This document shows positions 1 to 8,818 of a DNA stretch of 64,000 bases, one piece after another. Origin of the DNA: an uncultured bacterium (GTDB taxonomy: Bacteria > Cyanobacteriota > Vampirovibrionia > Gastranaerophilales > Gastranaerophilaceae); contig CACWHC010000003.1 of NCBI GenBank assembly GCA_902760645.1, forward strand, positions 29,169-93,168, written 5' to 3'. The position numbers and the translations under genes were made by a program. The notes under the pieces are model-generated. The model was not told where the DNA came from and searched no databases. It saw only the letters and a list, made by a program, of their open reading frames with translations. How positions within the stretch are numbered: the stretch's first letter is position 1; every line of letters begins with the position of its first letter.

Positions 1-222
1 ATTTTATTTGAAAAAGTAGCTGCAATAGAAAAAGAACACGAAAAAAGATACAAAAAATTACTGTCAAATATTAAAGATGGTATTGTATTTTCAACAGACG
101 GAGATACAATTTGGGAATGTCTTAACTGCGGTCACATCGTTATTGGGAAAAAAGCACCTGAAATTTGTCCTGTGTGTGACCATCCGCAGTCATACTTTGC
201 AAGACAGGCAGAAAATTACTAA
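1..222 (+). CDS. rbr: rubrerythrin, C-terminal part (5' end lies outside the window)
   Basis: Frame 1 is open from the window edge to TAA 220-222. Translation contains AAIEKEHEKRYKKLL (diiron ExxH helix) followed by a rubredoxin-like WECLNCGH...CPVCDHP double CxxC. Confidence 0.75.
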   Translation: MLFEKVAAIEKEHEKRYKKLLSNIKDGIVFSTDGDTIWECLNCGHIVIGKKAPEICPVCDHPQSYFARQAENY

Positions 223-225
223 TAG

Positions 226-251
226 AAAAGCCGATTTATATCGGCTTTTTT
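226..251. terminator. rho-independent terminator shared by convergent genes
   Basis: Hairpin aaaagccga / tcggctttt with a 6-nt loop, then a T-run. An A-run on the other side makes it usable in both directions. Confidence 0.7.
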
Positions 252-1119
252 ATATCACAAATTTTGCTAAATTATACATAAATTTTGAAAATTTTGACAT
301 ATGCAAATACTCGAAATCCTGTAAAAGTTTTCTTGCAGAATATGTTAAATGAAGTTTACCTGGAGAGGGAAGTGAATCTCTCGTTTTAACAAATACATTA
401 TTTAATTCAGGGACCTCCCTGAAATGCAGCTCCGTTAAGATTTCATCAATTCCTGCATCTTTATCACAGTGACCTATAACCAGCATACATGTGCTATCAA
501 ATTTTTTGGCAATTTTGTAAGCAAGAAGTATCGCATCCTCTGATTTTAAATATTGCCAAAAATTTCGGGCAGATAACACAGTTTTATGACCTTTAAGATT
601 ATCTATATCATTAAAAATATTCCCCTGAGCAAATTTAACCAAATGTTTAATCTTATCACTCGGAGTTCTCAACTCATAACAGTTACCCTTTTCGAGAAGC
701 TTATAATAATCGTCAACCTTACCTGATAACTGAAATTTTGCATGATCTAACTCGTAAGACCGCATTTTATAAACTGCATTATTTGCTAATTCTACACATT
801 TTGGATTTAAATCTTTTGCAGTAAGAGGATATAGCGGCTTTGCTCTGTCACCTAATACGCAATCAAATGCTGATGCGTATGTATAAGCTTCTTCACCATC
901 AGAACATGCATGTACAACAAATTCGACATCTGAAAGATTTGGGAATTTATCGCCTAAAAATTTTGCAAACCTGTCAAAATCTATGTCATGTCTGAATGAA
1001 CAGGTATCCATTCTATAATCTAACCGTCCGTTATTATTCATAACGAAATCACGATATTCCGTAAAAGTCGGTTTTATGTTGTTATTATGGTAAAATGTAT
1101 TGTAACCTGAAACGCGCAT
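250..1119 (-). CDS. CheR-like SAM-dependent methyltransferase (orphan)
   Basis: 289-aa ORF. VVHACSDGEEAYTYA resembles the CheR GCSTGEEPYS motif. SARNFWQYL resembles CRNVxIYF. MLVIGHCD resembles LLFxGHSE. It sits 14 nt downstream of ORF 1134..1619. Confidence 0.6.
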   Translation of the reverse strand: MRVSGYNTFYHNNNIKPTFTEYRDFVMNNNGRLDYRMDTCSFRHDIDFDRFAKFLGDKFPNLSDVEFVVHACSDGEEAYTYASAFDCVLGDRAKPLYPLTAKDLNPKCVELANNAVYKMRSYELDHAKFQLSGKVDDYYKLLEKGNCYELRTPSDKIKHLVKFAQGNIFNDIDNLKGHKTVLSARNFWQYLKSEDAILLAYKIAKKFDSTCMLVIGHCDKDAGIDEILTELHFREVPELNNVFVKTRDSLPSPGKLHLTYSARKLLQDFEYLHMSKFSKFMYNLAKFVI

Positions 1120-1133
1120 ATAAATTCAATCCT

Positions 1134-1619
1134 TTATAATTGTTTGGATACTGCTGAACCCGCAGCATCAAGGTACTTACCGATAGAATATGCAATACAA
1201 AGCCTGTTCAATATCGACCTGTTTGGATTTTCTCCTGCTCTTGTATGATATTTTGATTCTTTAACTGCTTCTTTGTGATTATTAAATTTCATTTTAAACT
1301 TAGACTTGACACCGGCCTCATTAATTACATAAAATTCTAAGTTATTAAAAATTAAAGACACTTTTGGCTTTTTATCTACAATTTCATATATTCTTTGATT
1401 CATTTTATCAATCAGAAACACTTTACTTCCGTTAAATCGAATAAAAGTGTCTAATTTATCAATATCAGATATTATTGATTTATAGCTTTCTGCCTCATAT
1501 TCAGGAGATGCAGACATCTCTGAACAAAATTTATCAATACTTTTAGCAATCTTACGCGTTCCTAAAGTATTCATGCTGTATGCGGTAAATGTCAAATTAT
1601 TGCTTGTATTGTTTATCAT
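1134..1619 (-). CDS. hypothetical protein, probably co-transcribed with the CheR-like gene
   Basis: 161-aa ORF with no recognisable domain. Polar N-terminus MINNTSNNLTFTAYS. Confidence 0.45.
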   Translation of the reverse strand: MINNTSNNLTFTAYSMNTLGTRKIAKSIDKFCSEMSASPEYEAESYKSIISDIDKLDTFIRFNGSKVFLIDKMNQRIYEIVDKKPKVSLIFNNLEFYVINEAGVKSKFKMKFNNHKEAVKESKYHTRAGENPNRSILNRLCIAYSIGKYLDAAGSAVSKQL

Positions 1620-1793
1620 AAATCAATGCCTTTATAATCACACAAAATTATAAAGAGTCCTGAATAATATAATTGCCCAAAAACAACAAAATATTAAAAA
1701 TTGTTAATAAAAATTATATTTAAGAATTGTATATAAATTGATTATAAGGAAAAAATTTAGTAATCTATAGAATAGAAATAATGAGGGGAAATT

Positions 1794-2639
1794 ATGAAAA
1801 AAATATTCACTATATGTTTAATACTTGGTTTTATCGCAACTGCAAATGCACTGCCTGCATACAGTTTTAAGCTGTTTGGACATAAAAAAGCGGATATTTC
1901 AACAACACAAACACCCGAAAATATCAAACCTAAAAGAACATTTAAACTGTTCAAAAAAACAAATACAGCAGAAAACACAATAACCACAAAAACAAATAAA
2001 CAAAAAACAGAGGTAAAAGAAGAAAAAGAAAAATTTAAGATTAATCTGTTCAAAAGAAAAAAGACCGAAGTTGAAACAATTCCTGCAATCAGCAATACAC
2101 AATCTATTGAAACTTATATTGACAACGTATTACAAAGAACCGTTTCAGATGTGTCAGGTACAAATAGAGCTACCGAAAAAATATTTTTACACTCAGTTTC
2201 GCAAATATCAACAAGCAGGCAGTTTAAAAAATTACAATCAAAAATTAACAAAATAAATAAAAAACAAAAATTAACAGAAGAACAAAAGATGAATTTGATA
2301 TCTGACTTAATACAAAACTATGCTGACAATTATATGACAAAAAACAGAATTGGATTGGTTGCTACTGTGGCAAAACTACCAACCGCAAATCAAAATGCAC
2401 TTTTGAATGATGCAGCCGCCTTAAATGATTGTGCTGATATGTACATTAGTAATATGCAAAAGACATATGAAATGGGTCAAAGCATACAGAGATTAACTAA
2501 CAACTCTGAAAAATTAGCGAACAGCCTAAAAACAATTGATGCTACATCAAAAACTTTTAATAAATCTGCAAGAGCAGCTATGACACTGTCAAACAGCATT
2601 GCCGCACTAATAAACGAATCAGGTATTAATCAAAAATAA
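1794..2639 (+). CDS. secreted Lys-rich hypothetical protein
   Basis: SD gagggg lies upstream. N-terminal signal peptide MKKIFTICLILGFIATANA. The mature part is K/T/N-rich. Confidence 0.6.
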   Translation: MKKIFTICLILGFIATANALPAYSFKLFGHKKADISTTQTPENIKPKRTFKLFKKTNTAENTITTKTNKQKTEVKEEKEKFKINLFKRKKTEVETIPAISNTQSIETYIDNVLQRTVSDVSGTNRATEKIFLHSVSQISTSRQFKKLQSKINKINKKQKLTEEQKMNLISDLIQNYADNYMTKNRIGLVATVAKLPTANQNALLNDAAALNDCADMYISNMQKTYEMGQSIQRLTNNSEKLANSLKTIDATSKTFNKSARAAMTLSNSIAALINESGINQK

Positions 2640-2665
2640 TTATCCCCCAATTAGTGTAACTTTGT

Positions 2666-2694
2666 TTGACAAAAAATTAAAATAAATATATAAT
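2666..2694 (+). promoter_or_regulatory. sigma70-type promoter of the nrdDG leader
   Basis: TTGACA (2666-2671), 17-nt spacer, TATAAT (2689-2694). This is a perfect consensus, but the background is AT-rich. Confidence 0.55.
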
Positions 2695-2700
2695 AATTAA

Positions 2701-2771
2701 ACCGAATAAGGAAAGAAAGGGTGTAAGTCCCTCACTGGTCCGCAGCCGTTAAAGTCGGAATGCTTATCGGT
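2701..2771 (+). promoter_or_regulatory. cobalamin (B12) riboswitch-like aptamer, compact form, in the nrdDG 5' leader
   Basis: AAGGAAAGAAAGGGTGTAAGTCCCTCACTGGTCCGCAGCCGTTAAAGTCGGAATG matches the Cbl core pattern GGTGnAAnTCCnnnACnGnnCCGCnnCnGTnAA. A closing P1 helix pairs ccgaataag (2702-2710) with cttatcgg (2763-2770). SD ggagg lies about 25 nt downstream. Confidence 0.6.
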
Positions 2772-2804
2772 TTTGTTATTACTTTACGAGACTGGAGGCA
2801 ATTT

Positions 2805-4937
2805 ATGCAACAAAAAGTTATTAAACGTGACGGACAAGTCGTAGACTTTGATTCCGAAAAGATTACAAATGCAATACGAAAAGCATCAAATGTTACAAAG
2901 GAAATTGATTCTTTTACCGCGAGAAGATTAACGAAAAATGTAATCAAAATTGTCAATGATTTTGTAAAAGAGAAACAATCAAATCTTGAAGCACCAACTG
3001 TAGAAGAAATTCAGGATATTGTAGAAAAAGTTTTACTGTCATCTGAATACAAACAAACAGCGAAATCTTATATTCTGTACAGAGAACAGCACAATAAAAT
3101 GAGAGATTTTGCTAAAAATGCATCAATTAACATGGTTGATGATTACCTTAAACAGCTTGACTGGCAGGTTAACGAAAATTCAAATATGGGATACTCTATA
3201 CAGGGTTTGAACAATTATTTGGCATCAGCATTAAGCAAAAACTACTGGTTAAATAAAATTTACCCAAACGAAATAAAAGAAGCACACGAAAATGGTGATA
3301 TACATATCCATGACCTGAATATAATTTCAGTTTACTGTGTCGGCTGGGATTTAAAAGACCTGTTAAGCGAAGGATTTACAGGCGTACAAGGAAAAGTAGC
3401 ATCAAAACCGGCAAAACATTTTAGAACTGCTTTGGGGCAAATGGTTAATTTTTTATACACAATGCAGGGAGAAAGTGCCGGAGCTCAGGCATTTTCTAAT
3501 TTTGATACTCTGCTTGCGCCGTTTGTAAGATATGATGGGTTAAACTATAAACAGGTTAAGCAAGCATTACAGGAATTTGTGTTTAATATGAATGTTCCGA
3601 CAAGAGTCGGTTTTCAGACTCCGTTTTCTAACGTAACAATGGATTTGACTGTACCGTCATACTACAAGGATCAATGCGTAATTATTGGCGGTGAAATGAT
3701 GGAAGAAACCTATGGCGAGTTCCAGCAGGAAATGAATATGATAAATAAGGCATTCTTTGAAGTTATGATGGAAGGGGATGCTTCAGGTAGAGTATTTACA
3801 TTCCCTATTCCAACGTACAATATAACCAAAGATTTCGACTGGAATAATCCTGATTTGGAAGGATTATGGGAAATGACAGCCAAATACGGAATACCTTATT
3901 TTTCAAACTTTATCAATTCTGATATGAATCCTGAAGATGCACGTTCAATGTGCTGCAGACTAAGAATTGATAACCGGCAATTAGAATATCGCGGAGGAGG
4001 CTTGTTTGGCTCAAATCCGCTAACAGGGTCAATAGGTGTCGTAACCATAAACCTGCCTAAAATTGGGTATCAGGTATCAAACAAAGATGAGTTTTTTGAA
4101 GTATTAAAAGACAGAATGGAAATAGCAAAAGAATCCCTTGAAATCAAGCGTAAATTACTCGAACGATTAACTGACGGCGGCTTATATCCTTATACTAAAT
4201 TTTATTTAAGAGATATTAAAGCAAGATTTGGCGTATACTGGAAAAATCATTTTTCAACAATCGGACTTGTCGGAATGAATGAGGCCTGTGAGAACCTTTT
4301 GGACTGTAATATTGCATCAGAAGAAGGACATTCCTTTGCTGTAGAAGTAATGGATTACATGAGAAATTTAATTATTAAATTTCAAGAAGAAACAGGAAAC
4401 AACTATAATTTGGAGGCAACTCCGGCAGAAGGAACAAGTTACCGACTCGCCAAACTGGATAAAAAGAATTTAATAGATATCAAATGTGCAAATGATGATG
4501 AATACTACTCAAACGGAGCAGAACCTTATTATTCAAATTCAACACAGCTTCCCGTAAATTACACTGATGATATTTTTGAATTACTTGACCATCAGGATGA
4601 TTTGCAAACGAAATACACAGGAGGAACTGTAGTTCATATCTTCGCTGGTGAAAGAATTAATGACTCAACGACAATGAAAAATCTTGTCAGAAAGGTTTGT
4701 GAAAATTACCACTTACCGTACTTCACATTTTCACCGACATTTTCCGTATGTCCGACGCACGGCTATATCACAGGCGAACATGAAACCTGCCCGCATTGTG
4801 GGGATGAATGCGAAATATATTCAAGAATAGTAGGATATATAAGACCTGTTAAACAATGGAATAACGGCAAACGTGCCGAATTTAAGAACAGAAAAACCTT
4901 TAATATGACCAAAGCCGGAGAATACTGTTGTTCATAA
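2805..4937 (+). CDS. nrdD: anaerobic ribonucleoside-triphosphate reductase (class III)
   Basis: Start moved to ATG 2805, which follows SD ggagg. N-terminal ATP-cone VIKRDGQVVDFDSEKITNAIRKA. C-terminal Zn site CPTHGYITGEHETCPHCG and glycyl-radical motif SRIVGYIRPV. Confidence 0.95.
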   Translation: MQQKVIKRDGQVVDFDSEKITNAIRKASNVTKEIDSFTARRLTKNVIKIVNDFVKEKQSNLEAPTVEEIQDIVEKVLLSSEYKQTAKSYILYREQHNKMRDFAKNASINMVDDYLKQLDWQVNENSNMGYSIQGLNNYLASALSKNYWLNKIYPNEIKEAHENGDIHIHDLNIISVYCVGWDLKDLLSEGFTGVQGKVASKPAKHFRTALGQMVNFLYTMQGESAGAQAFSNFDTLLAPFVRYDGLNYKQVKQALQEFVFNMNVPTRVGFQTPFSNVTMDLTVPSYYKDQCVIIGGEMMEETYGEFQQEMNMINKAFFEVMMEGDASGRVFTFPIPTYNITKDFDWNNPDLEGLWEMTAKYGIPYFSNFINSDMNPEDARSMCCRLRIDNRQLEYRGGGLFGSNPLTGSIGVVTINLPKIGYQVSNKDEFFEVLKDRMEIAKESLEIKRKLLERLTDGGLYPYTKFYLRDIKARFGVYWKNHFSTIGLVGMNEACENLLDCNIASEEGHSFAVEVMDYMRNLIIKFQEETGNNYNLEATPAEGTSYRLAKLDKKNLIDIKCANDDEYYSNGAEPYYSNSTQLPVNYTDDIFELLDHQDDLQTKYTGGTVVHIFAGERINDSTTMKNLVRKVCENYHLPYFTFSPTFSVCPTHGYITGEHETCPHCGDECEIYSRIVGYIRPVKQWNNGKRAEFKNRKTFNMTKAGEYCCS

Positions 4938-5620
4938 TCGGAGGAATACAAAAGTCTACATTAATTGATTATCCGCAGAAAATTGCATCCGTTGTTTTTA
5001 CGCAAGGGTGCAATTTTAGATGCGGATATTGTCATAATCCTGAGCTACTTTCAGCCTCAAAAACTTACGGCATAACTACAACGGATGAATACATTGCATT
5101 TTTAAAAACACGACTTGGAAAATTAGACGGAGTTGTTATAACAGGAGGGGAACCAACACTACAAAGCGGATTATATGAGTTTATATACAAAATAAAAAAC
5201 TTGGGCTTCAGTGTAAAATTAGACACAAACGGGACAAATCCTGACATCCTTAATAAACTTATTAGAAACAATTTGCTTGATTATATAGCTATGGATATAA
5301 AAGCACCTTTAAGAAAATACACACAAATTACAAATGTAAATGTCAGTATAAAGGATATAAAAAATAGCATAAAAATCATTATAAAAAGCAATATTGAACA
5401 TGAATTCAGAACTACCGTAATTAAATCACAAATTTCACCTGAGGATATTATTGAAATAGGCAAAATAATAAATGGTGCCCAAAGGTATTATTTGCAAAAA
5501 TTCATACCATCCAAAATACTGGATATAAATTTACTTAACGAAAAAACATATACCGACCAGGAATTACAAAATATTTGTAATAACCTGAAAAAATACATTA
5601 ATAACGCAGAATACAGATAA
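4928..5620 (+). CDS. nrdG: anaerobic RNR activating enzyme (radical SAM)
   Basis: TTG start 7 nt after ggag, overlapping the nrdD end. GGIQKSTLIDYPQKIASVVFTQGCNFRCGYCHNPEL carries the CxxxCxxC cluster motif. Confidence 0.9.
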   Translation: MFIIGGIQKSTLIDYPQKIASVVFTQGCNFRCGYCHNPELLSASKTYGITTTDEYIAFLKTRLGKLDGVVITGGEPTLQSGLYEFIYKIKNLGFSVKLDTNGTNPDILNKLIRNNLLDYIAMDIKAPLRKYTQITNVNVSIKDIKNSIKIIIKSNIEHEFRTTVIKSQISPEDIIEIGKIINGAQRYYLQKFIPSKILDINLLNEKTYTDQELQNICNNLKKYINNAEYR

Positions 5621-5703
5621 AAACATTTCTTTACAAAAAAGGCAATTTTCCCCGCAAAAAAATCTTTATTAAATTATCGGGGATAAATCATTGCGAGGAA
5701 ATT

Positions 5704-7527
5704 ATGGTAAATAGTAAAGTTAATCTGTACAACTACGGCACTAATTATGCTTTAGAATATAAAACATTTGGGGATAATATACTTAAGAACTGCGAAGAAA
5801 CGCTACACAAGGCAGGAATATTTACAACGAAAAAACAATCAAATTCTCCATTAGCTCAAAATCCAATAAAGGGGTTATCCGTAGAAAAAACTCCGGACAA
5901 TATTGACGAAATAACAGATAATAAAAAAACAAATGATAAAGCGAATACACAATATAATAACGAAAAAACAAACACTATTTCAAGCACTAAAAATATTGCG
6001 AGTGATTCTTATACAAAATTAGCCAAAAAAGAGCAATCTCTCAGCACTAAAACTAAATTAAGTCCGGTAGAAGGCTCCGCACTAAGAGATATTAATGAAG
6101 CAGTCAATACATATGAAGACATAGAAAATATAGGGCACAAACATCTTGAACAGTTGACAGAAGAACTGCCTGAACATGGTAACTTATCAGGCGGTACAAT
6201 TCTTTCTGCAGAGAAAGAAGGTTCGACAAGAACACAGGAATATCAATTAAGTATAAAAAATACCTGGCAAAGCAAATCCAAAAAATTTGGAGTTGTATTT
6301 AATGGACAAATTGGAAGTAAGTATACGCAAGCAAAGGCCAAAAGCGAAGCTGCTATCGACGATATAGATATAGACATAGATGACGACGACAACGGGGACA
6401 CTGACAGCAATATAAAACCTAATGTTGATGATTCAAAAGGAAGTAATATAAGTGAACAACAGCAGAATGATGCAGATAAGTTGCAATCATTCAAACTTAA
6501 AGAATACACAGGTAACGCTGAATTACATGCACGCTACGACACCGGCAGAATACTTATTGGTGGTGGTGTTAATTACAACAGGTATAATAATGGCACACAA
6601 ATTGCAAATGTTTATGGCAGTGCCGTAGAAAAAAGATCGGGAATTGGCGGTGATATAACAAGAAGAATGACGATTATTGTTGATCCTGAAACAGGTGAAA
6701 GAACTCTAAAAAGTGAAATGAAAGTTAAAATCGACATAATTAACAATAAAGCAAATTATGATGATGATGATGAAAAAAGCAATCTTAGTGAAGAATCTGC
6801 CACAGAAAACAATAATGATGAAATTAATAACATTAAAGACTCAGACAGTGAAGATGATTCATACAGAACTGATACAAAAGGCATAAAAATCAACAGCGAT
6901 GGGAAAAGCCTTAATGATGATGTTAATACGGAAAATCAAAAGCTCAGAGAATTTAACAAAAGAAAAGATGGTACGGGAATTGATTTAGACTTTGAATACG
7001 ACCAAAACAAGTGTGGTATTTTGGGTAAATATGGTTTCAACATTACTGATAACAAAGAGAAAAACTCTCATATACAAGTTTCACCGATATTAGGGGTATA
7101 TGACTTTACCTCTCCCGTTGAGGAAGAAGAAGATGATGAAGCTGTAAGGATAACAACCGGCGGACTGATTGAAGTAAATAAAGAATATGCAAACGGAAGC
7201 AAATTTGAAGGAAGCGGAAGCATAATATATACAAGGAACATGGAAACCGGTCATAAACCGACAAATACAATTTATGCACTGCTAAACCTTGGCTATGACA
7301 ACCCGAAAAAGAAATTTTATATCGGGATTGATGCAGCACACATAAAATCAAATTCAAACATCAAAATTAGTTATTTAAATACAAATGTAAACAAAGATTT
7401 TAAGAACATTAATTTGAGATTAAATGCAGGTATATCTAATATAACAACATATGACGACAGTAGTACTGATTATCAAGTTTCAGCACATGTAACCTACACT
7501 ATCCCATATGGCGGTAAAAAGAAATAA
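5704..7527 (+). CDS. hypothetical acidic low-complexity protein with beta-strand-like termini
   Basis: SD gaggaa upstream. 607 aa with D/E/N/K-rich tracts (IDDIDIDIDDDDNGDTDSN, NYDDDDEKSNLSEES). Alternating hydrophobic pattern near both ends. No signal peptide. Confidence 0.55.
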   Translation: MVNSKVNLYNYGTNYALEYKTFGDNILKNCEETLHKAGIFTTKKQSNSPLAQNPIKGLSVEKTPDNIDEITDNKKTNDKANTQYNNEKTNTISSTKNIASDSYTKLAKKEQSLSTKTKLSPVEGSALRDINEAVNTYEDIENIGHKHLEQLTEELPEHGNLSGGTILSAEKEGSTRTQEYQLSIKNTWQSKSKKFGVVFNGQIGSKYTQAKAKSEAAIDDIDIDIDDDDNGDTDSNIKPNVDDSKGSNISEQQQNDADKLQSFKLKEYTGNAELHARYDTGRILIGGGVNYNRYNNGTQIANVYGSAVEKRSGIGGDITRRMTIIVDPETGERTLKSEMKVKIDIINNKANYDDDDEKSNLSEESATENNNDEINNIKDSDSEDDSYRTDTKGIKINSDGKSLNDDVNTENQKLREFNKRKDGTGIDLDFEYDQNKCGILGKYGFNITDNKEKNSHIQVSPILGVYDFTSPVEEEEDDEAVRITTGGLIEVNKEYANGSKFEGSGSIIYTRNMETGHKPTNTIYALLNLGYDNPKKKFYIGIDAAHIKSNSNIKISYLNTNVNKDFKNINLRLNAGISNITTYDDSSTDYQVSAHVTYTIPYGGKKK

Positions 7528-7588
7528 TAACACAGTCAACACCCCATTTACCATAAATAACAGTCCGCCTAATATCAGAAGCTGAATT

Positions 7589-8458
7589 CTACTTTTTCAT
7601 AAAAATTCCGGGATTAATTTGATTAAAATTATCAGAAATCAGGGATTTTGGCAGATTCCCCTGATATGGATACGGGTCTGTTATAAAATATCCGTCCTTT
7701 TTCAAAATTCTTGTTATATGTTTCAAAGTTTGTAAAAATTCATTGTCAGATTCTATGTAAGGCAGCACATTGTTAGCAGAAATAATATCAAATTTATTAT
7801 CGGGATATTTCAGTACAACATCTTGTACACGACTGTCCCATTTTGATTTTACGGGATTATCATAAGTATTTTTAACAAAATCAAAAATTTCATCATTTAC
7901 TCTATAATCGGGTTTTACTGATTTTTTCACCGATTGTGTTTTTTCTTTTAACGAAAGAATAAACTCATAAATATATGCATCCAGTGAAGATAAAATATTC
8001 TGATCAGCTGCAGGATATTTTTTATCTATTATAAAACTTTTACCGGCATATTTAGGAAATTTTTCGTAATCAAACAGGTCAGAAAATGAATTAAGTCTAA
8101 GTTTTTCAAGCTCAGGCTTTGACTGCAAATCAATTACTGACAAATTTATATTTTTATCTAACGGTCTTTTTTTTATAATACCCTTTATACTTGCAAGATA
8201 CGAAAAAGGTTCCTGAGAATTACCAATACCAATTATTAACATATTTTTAGGTGTATCAACTTTTTTATGAAATATTTTGCAAAATAGATTTTCTATTTTT
8301 GCATATCCGTTATCGTTCGCCAAAATAACCGCACCACGCCTAAAATAGCACGATTGAGTACTGTTAAATTTATAAAAATCCGGATGTGCTTTGAAACTGG
8401 GTTTTTGAGCGTAATTAAAATTAGCAATATTAGAATTTATAACGGGAAAGACATGCAT
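7589..8458 (-). CDS. CheR-like / class I SAM-dependent methyltransferase (second orphan copy)
   Basis: MLIIGIGNSQEPFSYLA and FDIISANNVLPYIES...LKKDGYFIT resemble CheR motifs. Start set at ATG 8458 (MHVFPVIN...) because the longer ORF to 8584 runs through the repeat copies. ATG 8476 is an alternative start. Confidence 0.55.
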   Translation of the reverse strand: MHVFPVINSNIANFNYAQKPSFKAHPDFYKFNSTQSCYFRRGAVILANDNGYAKIENLFCKIFHKKVDTPKNMLIIGIGNSQEPFSYLASIKGIIKKRPLDKNINLSVIDLQSKPELEKLRLNSFSDLFDYEKFPKYAGKSFIIDKKYPAADQNILSSLDAYIYEFILSLKEKTQSVKKSVKPDYRVNDEIFDFVKNTYDNPVKSKWDSRVQDVVLKYPDNKFDIISANNVLPYIESDNEFLQTLKHITRILKKDGYFITDPYPYQGNLPKSLISDNFNQINPGIFMKK

Positions 8459-8518
8459 AATATAATTAATACACATAAAATATTTTTTTACCAGAATTAA
8501 ATCGCAATTTTCTAAAAG

Positions 8519-8539
8519 TTTTTGCCCAAAAGTGGTGCC
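8519..8539. repeat. displaced copy of the tRNA-Phe 3' end plus flank (candidate att remnant)
   Basis: tttttgcccaaaagtggtgcc aligns with tttttgcacaaaaaagtggtgcc at 10182-10204, with 1 mismatch and a 2-nt A-run indel. It includes the complement of the GGCACCA acceptor end. Confidence 0.55.
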
Positions 8540-8580
8540 ACTCTGCCGAAGAAAACAATTAAGTATTGTTTTCTGAGAGG
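8539..8580. repeat. structured repeat, copy A' (hairpin-1 unit only)
   Basis: cactctgccgaagAAAACAAttaagtaTTGTTTTctgagagg. The 7-bp hairpin is enclosed by CTCT/AGAG. Confidence 0.8.
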
Positions 8581-8581
8581 T

Positions 8582-8642
8582 CACTCTGCCGCAGCAAAAC
8601 GATTAAGTATCGTTTTCCGAGAGGGTTTTGCTTGACAAAACC
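8582..8642. repeat. structured repeat, copy B (hairpin 1 plus hairpin 2)
   Basis: cactctgccgcagcAAAACGAttaagtaTCGTTTTccgagag followed by GGTTTTGcttgaCAAAACC. It lies directly adjacent to copy A'. Confidence 0.8.
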
Positions 8643-8818
8643 TCTATATAAATAGCAATCAATTTGAAAATTTTGAACAGGGGGATTGAGATTTATTGTG
8701 GTGCAAAAAAATGCACACATTAAACTTAATGAATCTTAACCCAATTAGCAAAATTATCAATTTTAGAAGTAAAAAATACTTTATATATGCGTAGTAGTGG
8801 TGAATAGGAAATATTTAA

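Noticed and set aside
77-352. 91-aa ORF on the plus strand at the left edge
   Set aside because: It is in a different frame from the clearly coding rubrerythrin 3' end. It runs through the terminator hairpin and across the 3' end of the convergent CheR-like gene. It has no SD and no recognisable sequence.
8529-8548. T-box-like or primer-binding-site-like complementarity to the tRNA-Phe 3' end (TGGTGCC)
   Set aside because: There is no specifier or antiterminator architecture and no reverse transcriptase. The complementarity is explained more simply as a DNA duplication of the tRNA 3' end, because the flank beyond CCA is duplicated too.
8459-8584. N-terminal extension of ORF 7589..8584 (MTSQKTILNCFLRQSGTTFGQK...)
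   Set aside because: The extension is a translation of structured-repeat copies A' and B and of the tRNA-flank duplicate. The paralogous CheR-like protein starts at a position equivalent to the internal ATG.
8539-8642. Possible CRISPR array or tracrRNA-like element (repeats with hairpins; ATAAGGCT after copy C recalls the Cas9 nexus)
   Set aside because: Copies A' and B are directly adjacent with no spacer, there are only three copies, and there are no cas genes in the window. The 8-nt similarity to a tracrRNA motif is too short to mean anything.
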